Shown in pieces: positions 37,701 through 52,700 of a stretch of 64,000 nucleotides of DNA. The notes under the pieces were generated by a model, which was not told where the DNA came from, ran no database searches, and saw only the letters and a program-made list of their open reading frames with translations. Both the position numbers and the translations under genes were made by a program. Source of the DNA: Mobula hypostoma (taxonomy: Eukaryota); the NCBI RefSeq assembly GCF_963921235.1, contig NC_086097.1, forward strand, positions 97,776,001-97,840,000, read 5' to 3'. Position 1 is the stretch's first letter. Each line of letters opens with the position of its first letter.

Positions 37701-40700
37701 CAAGACAAGAGGACACGGCCTCAGAATAGAGGGGTATCCTTTTAGAATGGAGGTGAGGAGGAATTTCTTTAGCCAGAGAGTGGTGAATCTGTGGAATTTG
37801 TTGCCACTGGCAGCTGTGGAGGCCAAATTCTTTATGTATATTTAAGGCAGAGGTTGATAGATTCTTGATTAGTCGGGGCATGAAGGGATACAGGGAGAAG
37901 GCAGGAGACTGGGACTGAAAGGAAAAATGATCAGCCATGATGAAATGGCAGAGCAGACTCAATTAGATAAATGGCCTAATTCTGCTCCTACGTCTTATGG
38001 TCTAAATTCTTGCTATTCTTCTATGGAAAGTGTATCAAGATTTTTTTTAAATTTATGGGTGATATTCCAGCTATAACCTCACCAGCACCCTACCTTATTG
38101 CAACTGGGTACCCAACTTCAAAAGCCATTGAAGGATCAAAATGAACTGAATTTATTGTGAATGATGGAATTAAATAAGAAGAATACTTTCACAAAACCAG
38201 AGTGGAAGGAAGATATAGGAGGTAACAGAACAAATACCTCAAGACAGAAATAAATACCTTACTTGTCCTTTCTCCCTCACAATGAATTCACCAATAAATT
38301 TTAAACACAATTATGAACTTGAGTATAATTATTATTGACATGGTATCATGACATAATAATTGCCATTTTTGTATGTTTAATCCCTGCGAAAACAAATACA
38401 CACCTTTGAACTTGACAGAATTACAAATTAATAATTAGCGTTGCTATGATAGGTACAGCATCAGATTTCAAAGGCAGAAATGTGAAATGTTATGCCTGAA
38501 AGAGAAGAAAGACTGAGAAAAATACCACGTGCCATGAATTGAACTTAACGATGGTCCCAACCATGGCAAGTGACTCAATAACTAACGTTCACTCCTTCAT
38601 CAGCCTCCCTCCAATGAGGTTCACAGCATTATTCACCAAGGCACACGCGCACCAGTTACCTGTAGCACAGCAGAGTGATCCTATCAGGCCCTGAGAGGAG
38701 AAGGTCTCTCGAGATTCCCTGCTTAGAATTAAACATGGAAAGAAAGACTGTAAACACAAAGCAATCACACAAAATGAAGATCGCAATAGGAGCAATAGTG
38801 TAGTTGTTTTAAATATAAATTTCTATCACAGGCCAACTGGGACATCTTACATCTGAACTCAATCATTTCTAATATTCCCAAAAATAACCATATAACCATA
38901 TAACAATTACAGCACGGAAACAGGCCATCTCGGCCTTTCCAGTCCGTGCCGAAATTTATATTTTACTCTGCCTGAGTAAAGTTCCCCCTCATGTTACCCC
39001 TAATCTTTTGCCCTTTAACTCTCAACTCACATCCTCTTGTTTGAATCTCCCCCATTCTCAATGGAAAAAGCCTATCCACGTCAACTCTATCTATCCCCCT
39101 CATAATTTTAAACACCTCTATCAAGTCCCCCCTCAACCTTCTATGCTCCAAAGAATAAAGACCTTTGGATTTATTTTCACCTTACTTGCCAAAGCAGCCT
39201 CACGTCTTCTTTTAGCTTTTCTAATTTCTTTAAGATTCTTTTTACATTCTTTATATTCCTCGGTTAGAGGGATACAAGCCATCAGTGAGCAAGTGGTATT
39301 ACCCTGGAGGGCACCATGGCCAGTATGGATTAGTTCAGCTGAAGGGCCATTTTCATGACTGTGGGGTGCTGTTGTCACATGTATCAAGATATACAGAAAA
39401 GCTTTTCCTTGCATGCCATCAGGTAAAATCACTCCATATACAAGTGCATCATGGTGGTAAAAAGAATAAAACAGAATCCAGAGTCTCCTTGCCTTTGAGT
39501 GTTAGAACCCCATATGTAATACATGTTGGAAAGATGTCGTCCCGCTCCGCTGAAACCCGTTGCTTAAGACCTTGGGCACCAAATTTACCACTATTTACCA
39601 AATAGTGAGAAATAGTTATTAATCCAGCCCCCGCTTGAAATATTCCAATTGTACTTGGTATGTCTGGACCATTTTAGTGGGCAAGTTAATCAAACTGATA
39701 GTAATCAGAACAACAGAACTTCCCTCAATAACTAAGACAGAAAATGCTGGAAAACTCAGCAGGTCAGGCAGCCCCTGTGGTAAGAGAAGCATTTAAGGGT
39801 TTGAGGCTGGGAAAAAGATCAAACCAGTTAGTTTTGGCTACAGAAAGGGTGGAGGTGGGAGGGGAGCATTGGATAGAATAAAGAGAGTATCTCAGATAAG
39901 GTGTGATAATGTGGCAGTCAAAGCTTCTTTGTGTTTTGTGTTGCTAATAACAGGGTTGTGGGACTTGTCCAGCAGGTCAGACAACACCAAAGGGGAGAGA
40001 AAAACTGCGCCAAAATCACTTAAACTCTGATACAGATGGAAAGAAGACTGTCATAGTTAGAGAGCATGAAAATACACCCCACAGCCCAGCTCATCCAAGA
40101 TGGCTATACAAGCTCGTCCCAATCACCTACAATTTTAGATTGTAAAACATTAACTTTGTTTCTCTTTCTAAAGATGCTGCCTGACCTGCTGAATGTGTCT
40201 AGCGTTTTCATTTTTCTCTTTCAGATTTCCAGCGTCTGTTTTATTTTTCCCTTTTTTCCCTCAGTAATTTATTGATTTCCAAACTGTGCTGGCAGCTGGG
40301 TGCTCAATATTAGGCCTCACATTCATAGAAGCAGCTTTGAGATATGAGCTACGTTATAAGGGGGTCTGCTTTCTTCTAAGGAACAACCATGACCTCTCCA
40401 CCAACTCAGCCAACTGGCAAACTTGATCTAGAGATATAATTCATTTAAAATTTAAACACAAAGACCTGCTGTAACTTCAGTAAGAGAAAGGAAAGCATAG
40501 TGATCACCATATTCACTCAAGGTATGACACTGGACATCACATTTGATTCTGAGAAGAGTGAAGACTGTCACTGAACCATCTGCAATAGGTCAGTAATGTT
40601 GTTGCTGCTTATTGTGTCCTGTGCCATCAGGTTTCTTCAACAGCTTTCTCATTTCCTTCAATATCTTTACTCTATCTAGCTCTCTCAGATTTAACTAGAG

Positions 40701-43700
40701 TTTCTATGTCATTCAGCATGGAACTCAATTTGTCCATGCTGACTATGGTGACCACAAAGGTACTCCCATTTGCCATGTCCTTCTAAAGCTCTCCTATCCA
40801 ATGTCTGTTAAATATTACTACCATAGCTGCCCCGACAACTCTGCTCCATATGCTAACTATTCTCTGCAGGAAGTAGGTGCTCTCGGCTAAACCTGTGCCC
40901 TTTAGGTTTTTAGTTCCCTTTTGCTGGGAAAAAGACTGTGAGAGTTCACCTTATCAAGAGCCCTCACTGCTCTTCAAGTTTACCTCCTTAGTCTCCTACT
41001 TCAAGGAATAAAGTCCTAGCCTGCTCAACTTGTCCCCAACACTTAGGCTCTCTAGTATTGGAACCATCATTATAAATGTCCTCTGCACCCTTTCCAGTTT
41101 AATGAAGTCTTCCTTATAACAAGGTGACCAAAACTATACAGAATAGACAAAGATAGGTCTCACCAACACATTGCATGACTGCGACATACCTCCCAACTAC
41201 CGTACTCCAACAGAGAGCTCACAATGAAGACCTGTTTCTGCACTTATTCCCCGCTTTCTATTATGAATCCAATTCTTTGGGCTTTGGTACAATCCAATCA
41301 ATACCAATAACTCCGTGCTATTTAATCTCTCCCATTTCAGGCAATTACCTGGGCTGACCCTCAGCTCCAGTGAATCCACTCCACCAGCATCTCCAGTAAT
41401 GACCAGGACCCACAGACAAAACTGTGCTCACCTGCTGCTCTTGTCATCGGACACTTTGCGCCACAGCTTCTCGGAGAAATGATCAACTAACTTTGATACC
41501 AAAACTCGCTTTTCCGTCTGCTTGTCCTTTTCAAATGACCTCACCTGAGGGAAGGATAAGCCATTAAGAACCACAAGCCACTTATCAACGAAACAGTCTT
41601 TAAATTGTCAGGTAGCTTGCGGTTTTGACATTCCAATCTGCAACAGTGTTGACCGAATAACAGCTGAACTCCAAAGGACCCACTGAACGGGATTACTGCG
41701 AAGTCCCCATGCATACATAAATTGAACATGTTGGTGTACATGCAACTTTTAAGGTACCAGTTTAGAAAAGTGCAATTTTTTTTTAAAATCATAAAAACCC
41801 TGAAGAAAGCTTTCAGCTCAGGTGATTTTTCAGGTGTTTAACTCTCTGCCTAGCTTTGTACACATACGTTGCAGGAGCAATAGAGTGAAAAGATAACTCA
41901 TCTCCAAAAGCAATGCCAGCAGACTGGAGACGCATCTGAACGCCGTAAGCTACAACCATCAGTTTCTGACCCCAGCAACTTCGATTGCCCAGCCCTGGAA
42001 GTCAGGTCCGAATGTGGCGCGTCGATCGGGTCTTTGCAACGCTCAAGCGAAACCACACTTGGCATAGCTGCAGCGCGAACCCATGTCACAGCTGAAGCCG
42101 CAAGAACAAGGAGCCTGAAGCTGAGGCAACCCTAACAGAGACAAAGGTGTATGAAGCAGCAACACACACAAAATGCTGGAGGGCTGGCCGGAACCCTGCC
42201 AAACGTCGGGCAAAGGTTAGAATCCTTCTTGTTGTTCAAAGGCAGGTGTATGCAGAGGATGTGCAGTGCATCACAAAGCAGGAATTTCTCCCAATCCAAA
42301 GTTACCTTACACCTTCCGGTTAAGATGGCACCTGCATACACACTCTTTTGGTCATCATCTTCTGGATAGACCAAAAAACCATGCACTTTACTTCTCTTAT
42401 GTCCTTTAATGCTTGTTTTCATCTTGAATGTGATTCTGGAACTGTTTGGAGATCGTTTGGGTGTTCCAGTACATTGAAGCAAGTGCAGAAGTCTGGAGAT
42501 CATTTGGGTGCTTCAGCGCTCTGCTGTCTCCAAGAGGATTCCAGGAGACAGAGGCAGCGTTGTTTAAACCTCGTGGCAGGCTGCGGGACGGGGTGCAAGC
42601 CGATATGACTCCTTTTCACCGATTAAAGCGACGAGGGAGGTTAAACCATTGAGACAATTGTGGAGGGTGAGCACCGGCTGCCTGTCCTTTGATCACTGGA
42701 GAGTGGAGAGCCACCCGCTTTGCCCAGAGAGTGTTGCCCAGGTTTTCTGTGTTTTGGATGTGGACATGAACTATAAACTCTTTTTTTTTAAAGTCTTATA
42801 GTTTTTTTTATATTCTGTGGCTTTTCTCCCGGTTTTTCTCTTTTTTTTGTGCGGGCAGTGGGGGAAGAGTGAGGGGAATTTGAGTGTCGATGTGCCTGTT
42901 CCGTTTTGTTTGTTTTTTTGTGCAGGAGGAGGGAATTGGGGGTTGATGTGCCTGTTCCATTTTTGTGTGGGGAGGGGACATTTGGGATTTGGTGATCGTG
43001 CTGCCTTTCTTTTCTTTCTTGGTTTCATGACTACCTGGAGAAGAATAATTTCAGAGTTGTATACTTTGATAATAAATTAACCTTTGAACTCTGCCCCATT
43101 TCTTGACTCTGCGAGTTGGAGGACACATTAAGAGAGCACAACTCACTCTGGAGTTACCTCACCCAATCGTCATTCAGAGTGAGCACTGGTCACTGGTCAG
43201 CTCATCAGACATTACCATAAGCAAGTATGTCGTCAAAGTCGACACTTTCGAAGTGAGAACGTTAAAGACTGTGCAGTAAAGACTGTTTCAAGACCAGTGT
43301 CTGAGACTGTCCTTTCTTTTGCCACAGACATAATGATATGATCATTTGACTTTTAGTTTCAGTCCATCTTATGGATGTCAGGCAGGGAGTGTTCTGGCCT
43401 GTAGAGGCACTGCTCTTTTCATATGCAGTTCATTTGTATGAACATCACATCCTATACGTAAGCTCTTCTTGCATCATTTCCTGTGCAGTTCATTTGGATT
43501 TCGACTTTAAGCACACACGGTAGAAAGACATCCATCTCTATCCACTCCTTATTTGCTCTTGAAACAGCAATATCTGAGTCTTGAGATTTCTTAATATCAG
43601 TAAGCATTCAGTAGGTGTACTTTGAAGGAAGTGTTATGTTTATCATTCATCGCTATTAAGCTATTGTTGCACTACAAGTTCACTCTGGTCCACAGGGCAT

Positions 43701-46700
43701 AGTATGGAATGTTGCCTTGGTTAACGCTGATTGTGAGAATAATCAATAGTATTGGTAGATTCAGGCATGCGATGATTCTGTATTGTATTTAACACGTATT
43801 CTGCAGTTTCACAAGTTTTTCCTCATTAAAAACCCCGAAGAAAGCTTCCAGCTCAGGTGACTTTTGAGAAGGTGTTTAACTCTCTGCCGAGCATCGACAC
43901 ACACATTGTGAGGGCACTACAACAATAGAACCCACTAAAAAAACACGCACAACAAAGACCGTCAAACACCGAATGTGTGAAAAAAAGAACAAATCATGCA
44001 AACAATTTTAAAAAATAAACAACACACAGAAATGAATCGCAGAATCCCTGAAAATGAATCCACAGCCACGGAACCAGCTCAGTCTGCAGCCGATCCAAGA
44101 GCTCCACAGCCATGGAAGCAGCTCAGTGTTGAGGTAAATAAAGCCTCTCGGGTAGTAAGCTGAATTCTGCTTCATTCTTCGCCTTGTGCTCAACAGCTTG
44201 ATCTTTTTAATCTGGATTGGCACTGAAATTGACTAAACATCGGCTCACCTTTTGCTCTCAGGCCTGGGCCCCGACACGATACATCGATCGGTCCTCAAGT
44301 CTGCTCCAGCAATTGCTGTTGCAGCCGCACCTGCATTCCTGAGAGTCCATGTAATTGGATCCTTCAAAAACGCCAGTCGTTCAGCAGGTTCAAAAGCACA
44401 ACTCCAAAAGGGAAAGTACAGTCTGCTGATTTTAATGACCACAGTCCAAACTACTATTAATAAAACAGTTGTATTCACTGCCCACAAAACGTCACCGTGT
44501 CCTGCCTGCACCATCTTCCCCTCACCTAGGTTAAAGTCGGATTTGTGTGGAATGGGTCAGTGTGGACTCAATTTCCAAACAGCCTGCTTCCAAGCTGTGT
44601 CACTTTGACTGTAACACTCCTTTCATTAGTCATCCATATTGGAGCAATGACGCAGAATATTAACCGGAAGACATTACTTAGATACAAAGAACGTGGGCTG
44701 TAACAGAGAAAAATTGTAAAAATTCTGTAGTACTTGTACCTTCACATGGTCTTTCTCTTTATCTGAGACCAGGATTAAATAACTGATTCCGGTCTGTTTG
44801 CAATGCTGCTGGACTTCTTCCTGTTCATGGAAAAAGCAGAGGTCTGACTTAAAATCATAAGCAGTGGAAATCAGAAACAACAGTTTGATTCAAGAGAAAA
44901 GCAGTTGATTCATAGTATAATGTAATCAAAATAATAAAGAGGCATAATGATATAATCTTTAAGCATTCTTGGAGGAAGAGTCCAGATTTAATTCCCAGAT
45001 AACGGTAAGTTGTTCGATCTCAGCTGGGGTAACAGGGGAAGGGCAGGGATCATGAACCTGTCGTAAGGAAGCAGAACTGGGGAGAGGTGTCGAATTCAGG
45101 TGCCCGCACCCCACTCCAGCTGCCAACTGTAACACCGTCACACATCAGCTGAGCCATGAAGATCACTGACTGAGTTCACTACAGGTCCCCTATATAACGG
45201 GGTGGAACAGACTGAGGGCTAGTGCTGTCTACAGAACACGGATTAATAACACCTAGACAGAACCTTAATCACATGGATCTTTTAATTAGCAACAAAATCT
45301 GTAGAAGTGAATCAGGTAGCCTCGTTATAGGGAGGATGTGGAAGCACTAACGAGGAGATTTACCAGGATGCTGCCTGGATTAGAGAACATGTCTTCTAAG
45401 GAAATGTTGGTCTTTTCTTTTTGGAGCAAAGGAGTACGAGAGAAGACTTCATAGAACTGTTAACTGTAAAGAACATTATAAAAGTTCATTGCAGTGCAAA
45501 GTGGTCATAACATTGGTATATTGGGGTAAAGATTAGGGTTATGCCAGTTCATTCAAGCCCTTGAAGACAGAAGCGGGTGAATTTATTGTGGGGAACAAGG
45601 AAATGGCAGACCAGCTGAACAGGTACTTTGGATCCGTCTTCACTAGGGAAGACAGAAACAATCTCCCAGATGTAATAGTGGCCAGAGGACCTAGGGTAAT
45701 GGATGAATTGAAGGAAATTTATGTTAGGCAGGAAATGGTGTTGGATAGGCTGTTGGGTCTGAAGGCTGATAAGTCCCCGGGACCTGATGGTCTGCATCCC
45801 AGGGTACTTAAGGAGGTGGCTTTACAAATCGTGGACGCATTGGTAATCATTTTCCAATGTTCTATAGATTCAGGATCAGTTCCTGTGGATTGGAGGGTGG
45901 CTAATGTTGTCCCTCTGTTCAAGAAGGGAGGAAGAGAAAAAACAGGGAATTATAGACCGGTTAGCCTGACGTCGGTGGTGGGAAAGATGCTGGAGTCAAT
46001 TATAAAAGATGAAATTACGACACATCTGGATAGTAGTAACAGGATTGGTCCGAGTCAGCATGGATTTACGAAGGGGAAATCGTGCTTGACTAATCTTCTG
46101 GAATTTTTTGAGGATGTAACTATGAAAATGGACAAGGGAGAGCCAGTGGATGTAGTGTACCTGGACTTTCAGAAAGCCTTTGATAAAGTCCCACATAGGA
46201 GATTAGTGGGCAAAATTAAGGCACGTGGTATTGGGGGCAGAGTACTGACATGGATTGAAAATTGGCTAGCTGATAGAAAACAAAGTGTAGCGATTAATGG
46301 GTCCCTTTCGGAATGGCAGGCGGTGACCAGTGGGGTACCGCAGGGTTCAGTGCTGGGACCGCAGCTGTTTACAATATATATTAATGATTTAGATGAGGGA
46401 ATTAAAAGTAATATTAGCAAATTTGCCAATGACACAAAGCTGGGTGGCAGTATGAAATGTAAGGAGGATGTTATGAGAATGCAGGGTAACTTGGACAGGC
46501 TGGGTGAGTGGGCAGATGCATGGCAGATGCAGTTTAATGTGGATAAAATGTGAGGTTATCCACTTTGGTGGTAAGAACGGGAAGGCAGATTATTATCTAA
46601 ATGGAGTCAAGTTAGGAAAAGGGGAAGCACAATGAGATCTTGATGTTCTTGTACATCAGTCACTGAAAGCAAGCATGCAAGTACAGCAGGCAGTGAAGAA

Positions 46701-49700
46701 AGCTAATGGCATGCTGGCCTTCATAACAAGGGGAATTGAGTATAAGAGCAAAGAGGTCCTTCTGCAGCTGTACAGGGCCCTGGTGAGACCATACCTGGAG
46801 TACTGTGTGCAGTTTTGGTCTCCAAATTTGAGGAAGGACATTCTTGCTATTGAGGGAATGCAGCGTAGGTTCACAAGGTTAATTCCCGGGAAGGCGGAAC
46901 TGTCATATGTCGAAAGATTGGAGCGACTGGGCTTGTATACTCTGGAATTTAGAAGGCTGAGAGGGGATCTTATTGAAATATATAAGATTCTTAAGGGATT
47001 GGACATGCTGGAGGCAGGAAGCATCTTCCCACTGATGGGAGAGTCCAGAACCAGAGGCCACAGTTTAAGAATAAGGGGTAGGCCATTTAGAACAGAATTG
47101 AGGAAAAACTTTTTCACCCAGAGAGTGGTGGATATATGGAATGCTCTGCCCCAGAAGGCCGTGGAGGCCAAGTCTCTGGATGCTTTCAAGAAAGAGATGG
47201 ATAGAGCTCTTAAAGATAGCAGAATCAAAGGTTATGGGGATAAGGCAGGAACTGGATACTGATAGTGGATGATCAGCCATGATCACAGTGAATGGCGGTG
47301 CTGGCTCGAAGGGCCGAATGGCCTACTCCTGCACTTATTGTCTATTGTCTATTGAATAGTTGAAGGAAAGCAGCTGTTCTTCAACTTGGTGGTGTGGGGC
47401 GTCAGGCTTCTGCACCTCTTGCCCGAAGGTAGACGTGAGAAGATGGCACGGAACCAGTGGCGGGGATTTTTGATGATGGATGCCGCCTTCTTGGGGCAGC
47501 ATCTCCTGTAGATAGTACCGATGGTGGGGAGGGATGAGTCACGCTGAGTTTGCTATCTTCCTCAGCTTCCTGTGAACAGTGTACCAGACCACAGGCGACC
47601 GGTAGGGATACTTCCATTAATATATCTGCAGACTGTTAAACCTGTACAAGCTTTTAAGACACCACTTACAGTACTGGGTGCACTTCCAGTCACCAGGATA
47701 TAGGAAGGATGTGATTAAGCTAAAGAGATTGCAGGAAAGAATGACAGGATGTTGTCAGCACTGGAGGGCTTGGGTTATAAGGAAAGACTGGATCGGCTGG
47801 GACTGTTTTCCCTGGAGTGACCAGATAGGGGTCTATAAAACCATGAGGGGAACAGACAGGGTTGTCAGTCAGTCTTTTTCCCAGGGTAGGAGAATCTGAA
47901 AGTAGAGGTAGGTGACAGGGTAGAGATTTAAAGGGAACATTCTCAGAGGGTGCTCCATATGTGGAATGTATTGTCAGAGGAAGTGGATAGAACTTCAGTG
48001 TTTAAAAGACATATAGGCAAGTACACGGATAGGAAAGGTTTAGAGGATGGGTTCCCAACCTGGGGTCCCCAGACCCCTCAGTCAATGGTAGGTGTCCATG
48101 GCATAAAGAAGGTTGGGAACCCCCGTTTTAGAGGGACCTTGGTCAAACGCAGACCGATGCGACTAAGTCAGGTAGGTACCTTGGTTAGCCTGAATCAGTC
48201 GGGCCGAAGGGCCTGTTTTTAATGCTACACAACTCTGAGACAATGATCTGAAGATCATCACACACAGTGCAAGGTATTTACTTGCATAGCCAACAGGCAG
48301 ATGGGCAGCAGATAGGCCCAAGCACTGCTCACTGCTGACCTCTGAGAGACTGTCTGGATGAAGAGAATTGTGGCGTCTGACAGTGGTTAGTGCAACATGT
48401 CACAGCACCGTCTGTGGGATCAGGGTTTGATTCCCACCACTATCTGTAAAGAGTTTGTACGTTCTCCCAGGGGGTTCCCACAATCCAAAGATGGACAGGT
48501 GAGTTGTGGGGGTACCATGTTGTTGGCAGAAGCTTGGTAACACTTGTGCACTGTTTCTGCTGATTTGATTTGACACAAATGATGCATTTCACCGCATGTT
48601 TCAATATACAGGTGACAGAAAGTTAATCTAATGAGGCAAGAATCTGCAATGGGTATCACCTGAGAGGATTTTTGCCCCCCCTACTAAATTAAATTACCCA
48701 GCTCTGCGGTACTTTACCTGGGAGACATCACAGAGGAGCTCAGCATTTATCCCCACTGTCCACAGATTCTGGATGATGCTGATAGATCTGTCAATCAAAG
48801 TCCTACTGATTGCAAACACCACTGCCTTATAATGGCAACCATCAGGCTGGAATGGAAGGACAAAGTTTAGCTCTTGGCCATGGAGATTTGCACAAGTACC
48901 ACAGTAATTCAATGGAATCAACAAAGACTGCTTCTGCCCGTCCATTTGTCTACCCCCATCGCTTGCCACCCCCACCTCCCACTCTCTTGATCAATTTATT
49001 AGTTAAAGTATGACAGAAGTCCGCAGACTTTTGTCAGAAAACTTTTCGTCAGATGACTCACTGGTATCAATGCGTTAGAAAGCGAGGAGATTTTATCCAA
49101 GGCCAGGCTGACTCCTACAGCAGTGGGAACCGGGCCTGTGAGATGCGGACGAGCAAACTCGAGGATCTGAGAGAGCAGAAAAAGAATGATTTATTTCTTG
49201 AGAAAGCTAAATAGATTTGCAAACCTGCTGAATATCTCTGGGAGACTTCTGGGAATAATGGTACTCCCCAGCACAACTTCCAATCCGCTCAGGAGGGCAA
49301 GTCTGCAGAAATTAGCCCCCCGCCCCCCCACCGAGTATCATACTGTCCGGTATGGGGGGGAGGTTCCTACTGCGCAGGATCGAAGTAAGTTGCAGAAAGT
49401 TGTAAACTTAGTCAGCTCCATCATGGGTACCAGCCTCCGTAGTATCCAAGACATTTTCAAGGAGTGGTGCTTTAGGAAGGCGGCGTCCATTGTTAAGAAC
49501 CTCCATCACCCAGGACATGCCCTTTTCTCACTGCTACCATCAGGTAGGAGGTACAGAAGCCTAAAGGCATACACTCAGTGATTCAGGAACAGCTTCTTCC
49601 CCTCTGCCATCCGATTCCTGAATGGACACGGAACCCATGAACACTACCTCACTGCTATTTTTATTTCTGTTTTTGCAGTACTTATTTTAACTTAAGCATT

Positions 49701-52700
49701 TATTATGCATACACATACTTACTGTAATTGATTTTTTCCTACATTATGTATTGCATTGTACTGCTGCGGCTAAGTTACTAATATGCCAGCGTGATTAAAC
49801 CTGATTCTGATACCACAGTACCTTGAAAACGATACAAGTTAGAAATGGGCCTTTCAGCCCTTCCTGTCGATCTTGACAGTGATGCCTACCTATGCTAAAC
49901 AGGTTTTCCCACATTAGACCCATATCCCTCTATGCTTTCCTCCCCACACAACTGTACATATGCCGTTTACACATAATTATATCTGCCTCTATCACCTCCC
50001 TCCAGCAGTCCAATCTAGACAATAGCACCCACTGTGTGAAGAACATTTACGCAGAAAGTTTAGAAACCCTCCAACTTTCTCTCCTCCATTCATAAACCTG
50101 TGCTCCTTAGTTCTAGGTTCCCCTGCCCTGGGATGACGACCATTTATCTAAAGTATGCCCCCTGCAATATTGTAAACCACAGTTAAGGTTATCCCTCAAC
50201 CTCCCACATTCCAGTGTGAAAAACACAAACAATCCAATGTCTCCCTACAACTGAAGCCCCTCATTTGAGGCAACATCGAAGTGAATCTCTTCTGCACCCT
50301 CTTCATTGCTACCACATCCTTCCTTTAGTGTGGCAACCAGAACAGTACAGAAATCTCCAAGTGCAGAATGGAAACAAGGAGCTAGTGATCTCACTCTGTG
50401 ACAGTGATCTGGGACATTACACACAGCACACGGGAACTACCTGCAAACACATTCATCAAATGAGGAGGAAGGAAACGGGCTTTGAACTCTCACACACTGC
50501 TCCTCTGCATAAAGGCTTCCCGAGCTGGGGAGGTTTGCGGCAATTGCAGTACGTGCCTGAGATGTAGGGGGTGGCCAGTTCAGCTGGGCCTGCACCTTGG
50601 GCGCTCACAACTCAACTGTGCTGTGTGGATGTGCAGTCACGTCAAGTCAAGAGCGAAGTCATGGATGCCTGCCACTCTCAACTAGCCCAACATTGCTAAC
50701 TTGAGTTGGTTGATACCTGGAGAGTGGCATCGTTTGATTGATTTGTTTATTTATTGAGATACAACATGGAACCGGCCCTTCTGGCTCTTCGAGCCGTGCC
50801 GCTCAGTAACCTCCAATTTAACCATAGCTTAATCCCATGATAATTTACAATGACCAATACACCTCCCAACCAGTACGTCTTTGAACTGAGCAGGGAAACC
50901 GGAGCACGTGGACAAAACCCACGCAGTCACGGGAAGAAAGTGTAAACTCCTTACAGAGAGCAGCAGGATTTGAACCCAGGTCACTGGTACTGTAAAGTGT
51001 TGTGCTCTCCACTATACCACCATGCTACCTCTCTTACCCTCATAGAAAGGTAAAGGAAGCTTTGTCACAGGAATACCATAGCGCAAGACGTCGGGACAAG
51101 GTGAACAGAAAGACTTTTTAATAACTTAGCAGATGTACGTGAGACCTTTATTCCTTTCATAACCTCCAATCAAACAGGACTCACCAGATTGTCATATCTC
51201 CCTCCCGCTGCAAGGATATCTGGCACAAGACGGTGTCGCCGTTTTACAAATGCAACAAACTGGAAGATGATTCCACTGTATAGGTGCATCTTGTAGACAA
51301 GACCCAGATTGATCTCCACCTGCAAAGCAACAACACCAATTTCACTCCACAGCTGCCACAGATATCATTATCAGTGTCCTCTGTGTAGGGATTTTAGTCA
51401 GACACCAGGTGTCTGATTCCTCTGACCCCTCAATTTCCTATATTTCACAGGAAGGAGAAGGGAACAGTGCCTTATGAGAAAGGCCAGACAGAGGCTGCAA
51501 ATTTCTCTAATTTCCCTTCCAGCTATTGGATAAGCAATCATTTGAGTCGAATCTCAATGCCGGGAATGTTGCTTCTCCAAAAGTGAGACTCAGGAGAACC
51601 AGCATAATGCATTCCAAATCAAGTCAGTGGCAGAAACAGTTCCCTTCCTTTTCCCCAATACCATAGCCCTAACAATACAACAGCTTCTCATAGCACCAGT
51701 GTGACATTTCCCATTTTCCACAGGAGCTGTGACTTCTCGCTGAAATTCAATATTTGGTGCGAGGTTCTACTAGACCAACTGATGTGATCTAAACAATCAA
51801 AGTTTGCAAACTTCTGGGCCTGAAGATAGACAAGTCCCCTGGTCCTGATGGAATGCATCCCAGGGTACTGAAGGAAATGACAGAAGTTATACTAGAGGCT
51901 TTGGTGATCATTTACCAAAATTCTCTGGACTCTGGGCAGGTCCTGACAGATTGGAAGATGGTGAATGTCACACCACTGCTCAATAAAGGATATATGCAAA
52001 AGGCAGGTAACTATAGGCCAGCTAGTTTAACATCTGTAGTTGGGAAAATGTTTGAAACTATCATTAAAGAAGAAATAGTGAAGCTTCTGGAAAGAAATGG
52101 ATCTATCAGGCAGTCACAGCATGATTCAGCAAAGGCAGATCCTGTTTGACAAACTTACTGGAGCTCTTTGAGGATATAACGAGCACAGTGGATAGAGGGG
52201 AACAGATGGATGTTGTTTACTTGGATTTCCGGAAGGCGTTCAATAAGGTGCTACATAAGACTTCTCGATAAGATAAGGATGCATAGAGTTGGGGGTGGTG
52301 TATTAGCATGGATTGAAGATTGGTTAACTAATAGAAAGCAGTGAGTTGGGTTACATGGGTGTTACTCTGGTTGACAGCCAGTGGTGAGTGGTGTGCCACA
52401 GGGGTCGGTGCTCGGCCTGCAACTGTTCACAATATATATTAACGATCTCGAAGAGGGAACCGAGTGCAGTGTATCTAAGTTTGCTGATGATATTAAATTG
52501 AGTAGAAAAGCAAATTGTGCAGAAGAGATATAGATAGGTTAAGTGAGTGGGCAAGGGTCTGGCAGATGGAATACAATGTTGTTAAATGCGAAGTCATTCA
52601 CTTTGGAAGGAAAAATGGAAGAGCAGATTGTTATTTAAATGGTAAAAGACTGCAACATACTGCTGTGCAGAGGGACTTGGGAGTGCTTGTGCATGAATCA

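Noticed and set aside
50960..51029. tRNA gene
   Set aside because: A and B boxes belong to a SINE head; no cloverleaf or terminator.
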